A stretch of DNA of 64,000 bases from Octopus sinensis (Eukaryota), in contig NC_042999.1 of NCBI RefSeq assembly GCF_006345805.1, positions 58,900,001 to 58,964,000 on the forward strand, read 5' to 3'. Positions within the stretch are counted from its first letter, which is position 1. Each line of letters starts with the position of its first letter. Both the position numbers and the translations under genes were made by a program. Positions 53,654-64,000 of this stretch are shown one piece after another. A model generated the notes under the pieces. That model saw nothing but the letters and a program-made list of their open reading frames with translations. It made no database searches and was not told the DNA's origin.

Positions 53654-53655
<2 letters not shown>
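53355..53655 (+). mobile_element. tRNA-derived SINE (group A-related, diverged)
   Basis: TGGCTGAGTGGTTAGG...GGGTTCGATTCTCAGACCGGG A/B boxes. Confidence 0.7.
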
Positions 53656-53715
<60 letters not shown>

Positions 53716-53716
<1 letters not shown>

Positions 53717-54430
53717 AGAGGCGAGGACCGAAATCCTTCAAAAGGATGCCAAACATCCAAGTCAGCCGGTACAGTCCAAGTAAAGAATATATATAAAAAT
53801 ATATATTCAATATTTGCAACAAACAGTAAATGAAATATAAGGAAAGGAAAAAAAAAATTGGAAGTGTAGACGAACTTTAATTCAATTGAAATCCAAGTTG
53901 GTACAGAACCAATATATAGTCTGCAAATTGTTTCGGAGTCTAATTAATTCCAAAGACAAAGTCGAAAAACTCTTCAAGAAATACAAATTAGATTCCTCAT
54001 CAGGAATTACATACTAGTATGAATGATTACGACCAACAAATATATGCAAAGACCTTTCGTAACCCAGACGTGAACAAATAAATGAAAGATAACAAGGATG
54101 CCAAATATTCAAAAGTAGAAAAAAAATCTATATATATAAATGTACCAATGTAAAATTAGTAATATGGTAAAATAAAAATCAAAAAGCAAATCTTGTTTAC
54201 AAAATAGTCTACTACAAGTAAAACTTTAGAACAGCTAAAGAGAGACAATAGTATTAGTGAAGGGAGAGGAGAGAAAATGCAATACAGTAAAAGGGAGGCG
54301 GAGAGAGTAATAGCCATGACTGAGAGAGTGAGAGAAATTAAGGACCGTTTGAGAAAGAAGACTGCGGAGTGTATCTTCTGTACTCAACAAATGAATTAGA
54401 ATGGAAGGGTCGAATAAAGTAAAAGACAGC
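53716..54430 (-). mobile_element. Putative PLE 3'-end fragment with decayed extended hammerhead (53878-54009)
   Basis: CUGAUGA, an 11-bp stem II and GAAAC on the minus strand. A pyrimidine-rich tract lies upstream and (TA)n downstream. Confidence 0.5.
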
Positions 54431-55054
54431 TATTCAACTGTGTGTGTGTGTATACGTATGTATATGAAAAAGGGAGGTATGTGAATGTTTGTGTGTGTGA
54501 ACGTGCGTGTGTGTGGGGGAGATGTGTCAGTGTGTGCGTGCGTAATGGAAACGGTTGCATGCGTGTGTAATGGAAAAGTACAACTCTGAAGAATGCTTGT
54601 ATCTGTGATTATTCTGTACTTCATTTTATATCTTGTTTAAATAATAATTAGCCATCAACTATAAACGGCACGGGGTCAACTAGTAAATAAACAAAGAAAT
54701 AGCACACACATATATATAGGGATGTATGCATATATTGATATATTATTTTTTTTTTTCGCTGTCATTCAAGGGCTGGAGTTATTTTGAAGTCCTTCGCTTA
54801 CCCTCTGAGAACGGTAAGATCGATGACATTAATTATCCTCCATGAAAATTTGAATGCTGTAAAAATATTTGTAGGACGGAATCTCCAAAAGGCTGATGTT
54901 TTGGAAAGGAACGCCTGTTCGTATTGGCCAATCTAGTGTTTGGTATTTGGTGTTTACATATTAGTGAGGCACTTTTCAATAAACAAATAAATAAAAATTA
55001 AAATTATTGAAATTTTGGTATATTTCTCTCATTATTAATGAGAAGCTATGTTAA

Positions 55055-55230
55055 GCGACGAGCTGGCAAGGTTGTTAGGGCGACGGGCAAACTGTTTAGA
55101 AAAATTTATTCCAGCTTTTAACATTCGAAATTCAAATCCTGCCGAGGTCAACTTTGCAGTTCATCCTTTCTGGGTCGGCAAAGTAAGTAGCAGCTAAACA
55201 ATGGAGTCGAAGTAATCGCCTTAAAATCAC
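55055..55230 (+). mobile_element. Group C SINE, diverged
   Basis: GCGACGAGCTGGCAAG...TTCAAATCCTGCCGAGGTCAACTTTGC.GTTCATCCTTTC. Confidence 0.7.
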
Positions 55231-55337
55231 CCCTAAAAAAGATAAAACAAAGCTTGCGTTCATATAATTCTGCTTTGTTCTCAGTGATGTTGGACAATTT
55301 TACAGGAAAGCATCTTAATTTTATAAAATATAACAAT

Positions 55338-55732
55338 AGGAGCAGGAGTGGCTGTGTGGTAAGTAGCTTGCTTACCAACCACATGGTTCCGGCTTCAGTC
55401 CCACTGCGTGGCACCTTGGGCAAGTGTCTTCTACTATAGCCGACCAAAGCCTTGTGAGTGGATTTGGTAGACGGAAACTGAAAGAAGCCCGTCGTATATA
55501 TGTATATATATATGTGTGTGTGTATGTTTGTGTGTGTATGTTTGTTCCCCTAGCATTGCTTGACAACCGATGCTGGTGTGTTTACGTCGCCGTCACCTAG
55601 CGGTTCGGCAAAAGTGACCGATAGAATAAGTACTGGGCTTACAAAGAATAAGTCCTGGGGTCAGTTTGCTCGCTAAAGGCGGTGCTCCAGCATGGCCGCA
55701 GTCAAATTACTGAAACAAGTAAAAAGAGTAAA
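55338..55732 (+). mobile_element. SINE group B, full length
   Basis: AGGAGTGGCTGTGTGGTAAGTAGCTTGC head to GAAACAAGTAAAAAGAG tail. Confidence 0.88.
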
Positions 55733-56488
55733 TGTATCCGCCATCTTTTCAATCCTTGCAAGCTCATATATCGCCTAACAAAAGCGCTGATATATAGAAC
55801 GCATTACATAATGTAGTCGTATTTAACTCTAAAAAAACCTAAACGATGGCCATGGATGGAAAGCCTTTGATTATAAAATTCCACCATCAAGACCGAGATG
55901 GGGTTAAAAAATGACAACATTTCGAATATAACAGCTAAACAACAACATCAATATCAACATATTTTTTTTGATTTAAGAACGAAATTACTGAACACATTTT
56001 TATTTGCGATTCAATTAGACGACAGTGAAAGAAAATTTTATGTATGAATGAATAATTGGTAGAAAACTTTTAAAGCAGGCTTTATTATTTTTATTATTGT
56101 AGTTCCTTTTTTTTTTTGCTGGGGGAGGAATAGAAAGCTAATTTGAAATAGCTATTGCATGTTAGAACACCAGTTATCTGCAACATAATATTCTCATTCA
56201 TCCATAAGAGAAAAAAAAGAAACAAGCAGAGAAAAAGAGAAAAAGAGGGAAAACACACAAACAAGAAAACAGAAGTTTGCAATAAAGGTATAGTGCACAC
56301 ACACACACGCGCGCGCGCGCACACACACATACATATGCATATATTTATATGTATATTTGTGTATATATATATATATATAGATAGATATTTATATATATAT
56401 ATGTATATATATATGCATATATATGTTGTCTATATATGCAAGTATATATATATATATGTATATCTATAAAAAAGTATATATATATATG

Positions 56489-56527
<39 letters not shown>

Positions 56528-57167
56528 TATAGTCTGTGTGTATGAAATATATCTATATATCGTTTCAACATTGATGAATCACTCTGTCCCTATTTCGAGT
56601 TTCCGATTGCATTTGTTCAGAAGACAATGAAACGTATCGACAATGAAACGTATCTCCATTCATGCACACAGAAACACACACACACACACACACACACATC
56701 AACACACGCACGCACACACACGCGCGCGCGCGCGTGCGCAACGTGCTTCATCTGCTGAAGAATGTATGCGTTATGTAAGAGTGCGTCTGTGCAGGTGTTC
56801 GTATACGTGATTGTTCGCGGGGTCTAGATATGTTTGGCTTTGTGCGATGCGTGTGTGTGAGTGTGTGTGTGTGTGCCGGGAAAATCTTTCACAAGAAAGG
56901 AAGGTAAAACTAATAACGATGATGACTATGTCGACGGTGACGACAGCAACAATGTCGAAAAGAAAAGATGACAAATAGGGACTGCGAGAGAGAAAGGGAA
57001 AGAGAAAGACAGAGAGAGGAAGGAAGAGAGCGAAAGAGGCGAAACCCAATAGCTAATTATCAACCTGCCCAATAGAAGATTGCCGTCTTATTAAAATTGT
57101 TACTTAGTGAAAAAGGGGGAAAAAAACTGAACGTTGTTTCATCACATTCCTTGTATTGCGTCACAGG

Positions 57168-57267
57168 NNNNNNNNNNNNNNNNNNNNNNNNNNNNNNNNN
57201 NNNNNNNNNNNNNNNNNNNNNNNNNNNNNNNNNNNNNNNNNNNNNNNNNNNNNNNNNNNNNNNNNNN
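57168..57267. other. Assembly gap (100 N)
   Basis: A run of 100 N, a typical scaffolding placeholder. Contiguity across it is unknown. Confidence 0.98.
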
Positions 57268-57440
57268 CTAAAATAACAATTACTTAACCATTTTCTCACA
57301 CCGTCTCCGATGAAGGATATATAAAAATCCCGGGAACAGCTGTAAGAACTTCTTTTTGTTCTAAAATCTTTCACAGCCTTGATTTTTATCTCATTCTGAA
57401 ATCTTTTTAATATATACATGCATAAAGGTATATATATTAT

Positions 57441-57474
<34 letters not shown>

Positions 57475-58717
57475 ATATATATATATAGATAGAGAGGAGA
57501 GAGAGAGAGAGAGAGAGAGAAGGAGAAGGGGAAGGGAACAGACAATTGCGTGCGCACACACAAAAGAAAAGAACACTCAAAGATATTCTGGTGTTTAAAT
57601 ATTTGTGTGTAAGCAGATTGTCTCAGATATGCATCATTAAGTTTTCATAGTTATAACTGAATCATAAACCAGAATGTCTGATAGTGCGGAAGATGAAATA
57701 CTGTATAATGAGGGAGCCACAGCTTGTATAATAATATTTATTATCTTTGATTACTACAGTTTGTAGTTTTGTCTATTTCGTGTAAGGTAATGGAATTGGT
57801 ATATTCATCTATGACCGGGGAAAGGGAGAGAAATCTTTGATGCAATTTGTAGAATTAATTTCCGCTGCTTTACTGAAGTATTTCAAGGAAGTACGATTTT
57901 AATCAAAATTATTGCGGATTTTATTAATAACCTGCATCTTAAGATTAACTATCAAAAATTTTCGTTGATGACAGTCTGTATGACAGTTTAGTAGGAGATA
58001 GTAAAGTGATGCACTCTGTGTCTTTTCTCATAGCGACAAAGTCGACAGATGCGCACAAAACAGCATCTGAGGAGTGAGCTAGTGGGGATTATACGGTGTA
58101 AGTAATTTTCTTGGACATGTTTCTTTGTATCGAACGAAACATAAAGGTGGATTTTACTTGTTCCTGGGTCTGTAGAAGTGTATATGTTCAGTTAAGAGTA
58201 CTCTAGGAATCGTTGGCTGTAATATCTGTACCATTCCCTAGGTTCCATAAAACAGGACGAGTGTCCTATAACAGACGAGTGAATGTCTTTAATTGTAGAA
58301 CTGCTAAATGAATGATAGGCTGACTCTAAAAGGACAAAAAGAAGCGAAATGAAAAAAAAAAAAAAATCACCTACAAGTCCAATTCGCTGACGTATATAAA
58401 AGTTTCCTAGAGTTTCGTCCGAGAATACAGACAGAACGGTGAAAGCAACTTCAGACCTTCGCAGAGTTATATAAATCAAATCTCCACTTATTCACTTTCA
58501 GGTGTGTGGACTGAAGCATCGTGAAACCAAATGGCTTATTCAAGGACTCCACGCGTCACTTGGTCTAGGAATCCAATCACCTACAACTTGATAGTAAACT
58601 CTCCATTACTCAAATATTTATGTGCTTACACAAAAGGCATTGCCGATAAACTCTATCGCTTTTACGTTAAGAAACTTTGACTCAGACATTGAATAATGTA
58701 TTATTGTATTCTATTAT

Positions 58718-59450
58718 TTCTTTCAGTCATCTGACTGCGGCCATGCTGGAGCACAGCCTTAAGGTGTTTTCGTTGAACGAATCGACACTAGGACTTATTT
58801 TTGAAGCTTAGTACTTGTTCAATCTTTTTATTTTTTTGTCGAACAGTTAAGTTGCGGGGGACGTAAACACACCAACTGTCAAGCGGTGATCGGGACGGGG
58901 ACAAACTCAGACACAAAGACACACAGAGATACACACACATACATAAATATATATTTAGGTATATAATTATAATTAAGGGCGCAGGAATGCCAAAGTCTAT
59001 ACTCTGGAAATAGATGTCAAATGTCAACAAGCCACTCAAACTTTGTTCTCTATTTTATTAATAGCACAAGGCCAAATAGAGAACAAATTGAGAATTGTTT
59101 GTTGACATTTGGCATTTATTTTTCGCGTATAGGCGTTACCACTCCATCGCCCTTAATTATAATTATATTTTATAATTATATACTTTAAAATAAATTTTAC
59201 CGATATGGCGGCTTTTTGAACGCTAACCACTGATATAATCATTTTAATGATTATATCCTCTATTTATAAGTGTGTATGTATGTGTGCAGGGGGTGGTGGT
59301 GCACGACAAGTTTCTTTCAGTTTTCGCTTACTAGATCCATTCACAAGTCTTTGGTCGACGTGAGGCTATAGAAGAAGACACTTGCACAAGGTGCTGCATA
59401 GTACGACTGAATCTGGAAGGATGTAGTTTGGAAGCGAGCTTATTTCCACA
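58718..59450 (-). mobile_element. Group B SINE split by an insertion in its internal microsatellite
   Basis: Tail half at 58718-58945, head half at about 59275-59450. Confidence 0.7.
58961..59168. mobile_element. ~208-bp palindromic (foldback/MITE-like) element
   Basis: ATATAATTATAATTAAGGGCG...CAAATGTCAACAA...TTTGTTCTCTATTT / AAATAGAGAACAAA...TTGTTGACATTTG...CGCCCTTAATTATAATTATAT. Confidence 0.8.
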
Positions 59451-59620
59451 TTTTATAATATTAAAATAATGGATATAAGAGGCATGTAAGTACGATTAAG
59501 AAGCTCACTGTTCAAATACGTGGTTTCCGGTTCAGAACCACAGTGTGGCGTTTCTACGATAACGCCAGGTCAGTCACAAGTTTGTGAATGTATTTGGTGG
59601 ATAGAAATTATATGTATCAG

Positions 59621-59998
59621 GGCGGCGAGCTGGCAGAAATGATAGCACGCCGGGTGGAATGCTTAGCAGTATTTTGTCTGCCGATACATATGAGTTCAAA
59701 TTCTGCCGAGGTCGACTCTGCCTTTCATCCTTTCGGATTACGCACTGGGGTCGATATAATCGACTTAATCCATTTGTCTGTCCTTGTTTGTCCCCTTTGT
59801 GTTTATTCCCTTCTGGGTAGTAAAGAAATAGGTATTTCGTATGCCTTTCTGTTCTGAGTTCAAATTTGCCTTTCATCCTTTCGGGGTTGATTAAATAAGT
59901 AACAATTACGCACTGGGGTCGATATAATCGACTTAATCCGTTTGTCTGTCCTTGTTGGTCCTCTCTGTGTTTAGCCCCTTGTGGGTAGTAAAGAAATA
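59621..59998 (+). mobile_element. Group C SINE dimer nested in an old group B SINE (about 59480-60205)
   Basis: Head GGCGGCGAGCTGGCAGAA and junction TAAAGAAATAGGTATTTCGT at 59821-59840. Imperfect TSD AGAAATTATATGTAT (59603) / AGAAACTGTATGTAT (59999). Confidence 0.8.
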
Positions 59999-60621
59999 AG
60001 AAACTGTATGTATTTGTGTTTTTTCCCCCACCATTGGATGATAACCGTCGTTTGTTGGTGTACTTATCAGTAAGTTAGCGATTTGGCAAATAAGTTCGAC
60101 AGAATAAGCACTAGAGTTAAAAATAAGTGTTGGGGATCAATTTCTTCGACTGAACCCTCCATTGCGGTGTCCCAGCTTGGTTGCAATCTAGTGATTGAAA
60201 AAAAAAATAAAAGAATCCTTTAAAAAAATGAACAATAAAAAATAAAATATTTAACCCTGAACTGTAGCATCATTCATACTTGAAGCTAAATTTAAGGTCT
60301 ATTTTTACGCTGATATATAAACTGAGACTTCAAATCTTTACCGTGGACTGGCTTTCACTGATACAAAATTCTATAGTTTTACATTGCGTAGATGTTCACT
60401 TGTTGGTGAGGCATAATAAATGCAATATTGGCATAGTTTATAAAGAATTTTGAAGAAAAGAAAAAGATAAATAGATAATAATAAAACTTTATCGAATGAT
60501 TTATTTGATGGAATGAATAAGGACAATTTTACACAAACAAAAGTTTAATTGAAATATCCATCTTCAGAGAAAAAATAATCTTCCTCTTCCTCCTTTTGGA
60601 TCTCACACGACCACCTCATAC

Positions 60622-60870
60622 CTATTTCTTGTTTCTTTACTGCCTACAAGGGGCTACACACAGAGGGGACAAACAGGGACAGACAAACGGATTAAGTCGC
60701 TTATATCAACCGTAGTGCGTAACTGGTACTTATTTAATCGACCCCGAAAGGATGAAAGGCAAAGTCAACCTCGGCGGAATTTGAACTCAGAACGTAACGA
60801 CAGACGAGATACCGCTAAGCGTTTCGCCCGGCGTGCTAGCAGTTCTGCCAGCTCGCCGTGTTAGCCGCCT
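60622..60870 (-). mobile_element. Group C SINE with imperfect TSD
   Basis: Full body, flanked by ATCTCACAC(GA)CCACCTCAT on both sides. Confidence 0.85.
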
Positions 60871-61239
60871 ATCTCACACCACCTCATTCCAAATTTCTTA
60901 ATTCTTTTTTTGTCATTCACTATCTCACCAGCGAATTACCTCCCTTTCAACCCCAACAACACGTCCCAGTCTTGGCATTTAAAATACAGAAACATGTTTA
61001 TCCTTCATAGTTTTTTTTACACAGGATTTTCCCACCTTCATCATTTCATGCTCACGATTACAACCTGAACCTTATCTATGCTTGCTTCTCAATTTTATTG
61101 TATTAAACACAAGTATATTTCTTTCGCCACATCATCTTTCTTTCTATTCTATTTTTATTTATCTTCATTTCTTTTCCTTATCTCCTCTTTTTCTTCTTTT
61201 TTTTCTTTTCCATCGCTTCCGAGTCTCCATTCACGGTTT

Positions 61240-61262
61240 TCATCATCATCATCATCATCATT

Positions 61263-61307
<45 letters not shown>

Positions 61308-61365
61308 TTCTTCTTCTTCTTCTTCTTCTCTTCTTCTTCTTCTTCTTCTTCTTCTTCTTTCATCT
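61240..61365. repeat. Compound (TCA)n-(TCT)n microsatellite
   Basis: Directly visible. Confidence 0.95.
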
Positions 61366-61430
61366 TCCACAGAATACGATGCTGGCCAGCCAACAAAATC
61401 CGTGCCGTTCCTGTTTTCAACCATAATATA

Positions 61431-61640
61431 TAGTAATCCCTCGGATATCACGGGTGTTATGTTCTAAACCCCAACCCCACGAAAGGTGAAAATCTGTGAA
61501 GTAGGAACGGTACTGTATATTTTTTTAAAGATATTTTTATAATTTATATATATTTATTTTATTATAAATGCAAAACAACATCACAAAGGAATAGACGTAA
61601 GCTTAAATAATAAACCGTAATAGATGAAGCGCGATAAACG
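61431..61640 (+). mobile_element. Tigger/pogo-like MITE remnant
   Basis: TAGTAATCCCTCGGATATCACGGG...GGTGAAAATCTGTGAAG resembles a Tigger-type terminus. The right end is truncated (GAAGCGCGATA). Confidence 0.45.
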
Positions 61641-63117
61641 AACTGCCCCAGCATGGCCGTAGTCCAATGACTCAAACAAGTAAGAAAAACATACCTATAC
61701 ATTCGTACATACATACACAAATACATGCATGTATATGTACATACACATATACATACGCATATGAACGAACACGTTAATCCATATATAAATCTAAGCACTT
61801 ATATTTATACACACCCACTCATACATCCATACACATATATACATACGTGAACACAAGTAGTTATGAATGAATCTTGTATGAAACGCTGACGTCAGCCATG
61901 AAAATATACGACCATAACAATACAGAAAGCATCCATTTTGCAACAAACATACTTCATGATATAAACACGAACGTACGCGCGCACACTCTTACATACACAC
62001 GCGCATAACACACGAACTGACGCATGTACATACACGCAGACGACTTCCATAATCGAATTGCCAACCGCCTAACTGGCAAACCAACCAACACACTTGCGAT
62101 TTCTTCTTACATTTGCTGATCTCTATTTGGCTGATTGCCGTACCAGGCAATAGATGGCACCTTTCCTATATCGCTGGATTGGCCACCTTTTCTAATGACC
62201 TCACATGTCTAAAAATATTGTTATGAATGAGAGCCGAAAACGAGCTAGCTTGATTTGGCAACAAACAGAAGCATCATCCATTCTTCATTTCGACATCGTC
62301 TGCTAGAACCTTGCCAAGAAAGTACAGCAGGAATTCTGACTTGTACAGACGTGAAATTTGGAATATGCGATAAATACTTAAACACACCCACCGACCCACC
62401 AACTCACCCAAAAATCCCACATGCATTCACACACACACACACACATACACACACACACACATGCACACACACTCTCTCTCTCTCACACACACAAACACAC
62501 TCATATACACATATATTTATACATACGCAAATTGTCGTTCAAATATTTGTCAGTACTTATATACCGAATAAGTCTCATTATTCTCACTTGGAGATATTAG
62601 TTTCTGTACATCCATCAATTTTACTTGTATTAAGATCTGTTTACATATGTAAATTTAACTGTTAGCACCAATTAAATACCACAGCACTACATTTATAAAT
62701 TATAGCCTTCGAGGAAGATGTTTCACACACACACACACATACACACACACACATACACACACACACACACACATACACACACATATAGACAGAGAAAGAG
62801 AGAGAGGTGGGGAAGCGATAATAAATAGATAGAATGAATTTTTTAATTTAAAATCACTACAATTGGCTTCGACGCATTTATAGTGATTTTTAAGTAAAGC
62901 CAGTCGTTCATCCCGTTTTCTATCGTTTATCTATTTACAAAAGCTCTACAGATACATTGGAATATCTGATTTATATCCTGTAGCGAGAACGTTTCTGCTG
63001 TATGAGGACACCAGGTAGCCAATAACTGTTGATGGGCTTTGACAGCAAACACGACAAGATTATATATACTTATATATATATATGCTCAAAATAAGCAACA
63101 AGAATGACTCCTGTAAT

Positions 63118-63203
63118 TTGGTACGATCGTTTCGTACTAGATCATTTTATTAAATATTGTAAGTATTACAAAAGTTTTAAAATGCTGAGCACTCATCAGC
63201 CAA
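63118..63203 (-). ncRNA. Canonical type I hammerhead ribozyme with extended stem II
   Basis: UUGG-CUGAUGA-GUGCU..CAUUUUA..UUGUAA/UUACAA..UAAAAUG..AGUAC-GAA-ACGAUCGU-A-CCAA. All core nucleotides are canonical, with a GUA cleavage triplet. Confidence 0.75.
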
Positions 63204-63450
63204 TTATAGAGGTTTTCCATTAATATAAAAATGTTCATATCAAGTGGCAACATTATAGAGAAGGTAGATATATAGACACAGATGTGGATTTAAATTTTAA
63301 GAACATTTGAGGTAGTGGACTAACTAAGATTCAGTTGTTCCAGACTACTGTCAAGTTCTGAGAGTGAAGAACAAATGAAAGGAGACAATAAAGATTTTCC
63401 AATTATAGAAATGGGCTAAAGGGGATGTCAGAGTTCAATATAAGGAATTT

Positions 63451-64000
63451 ATGTAGAAAACAACATTGCCACAACTAAATGCCAATTACTACTATTTGAT
63501 GAACAGATTCAGCGTTAGTAGAACTAGGTCAATGTCAAGTGGTCATAATAACATTCACAGAGAATGCAGAGATCTTATAAACCCTATGCACATCATCACA
63601 ACAGTTAGTCTATAAGTTCCAAGTACTTTGACACGTTAGAATAAATGGAAAAATATAAATCCAAAATTTATTCAATTTGGAGAAAAAGACTATCACTTAT
63701 TATTAAAAATACTTCCCCCCCCCCAGTTAATAAGTACTATGCCTACTCATAATAAGTGATAGTCTTTTTCTCCAAATTGAATAAATTTTGGATTTTTATT
63801 TTTTCATTTATTCTAACGTGTCAAAGTACTTGGAACTTATAGACTAACTGTTGTGATGATGTGCATAGGGTTTATAAGGTCTCTGCATTCTCTTTGAATG
63901 TTTTTGTGACCACTTGACATTGACCTAGTTCTCCTAACGCTGAAATGTTCATCAAATAGTAGTAATTGGCATTTAGTTGTGACAATGTTGTTTTCTACAT
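63451..64000. repeat. Long inverted repeat (arms 63451-63703 and 63749-64000+, 45-bp spacer), runs off the window
   Basis: The arms are reverse complements with roughly ten differences by eye over about 250 bp. Confidence 0.95.

Overview
AT-rich, microsatellite-saturated eukaryotic non-coding DNA. It is most likely an octopus (coleoid cephalopod) genome, inferred from the SINE families and (TA)n/(TATG)n/(CA)n density. I see no convincing host exon, and nearly all listed ORFs are microsatellite artefacts. Recognisable coding remnants are a near-complete Neptune-type Penelope-like element (PLE; RT + Cys-linker + GIY-YIG, frameshifted) in a partial-tandem arrangement at 41473-46980, several R4/Dong-type RLE LINE fragments beside (TAA)n or (CATA)n, and mariner-derived MITEs. 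Three tRNA-type SINE groups are abundant. The main result is a set of about six unrelated hammerhead-ribozyme-like motifs near the 3' ends of PLE or PLE-like fragments. They are a canonical extended one (63118-63203), a minimal one (34271, 36644), a family with fixed A6U (four copies), one with the C3-G8 pair swapped to G3-C8 (24851-24901), one lacking its cleavage site (53878-54009) and one with the three core strands in reversed, pseudoknotted order (20140-20200). All folds were read by eye; activity and novelty are untested.
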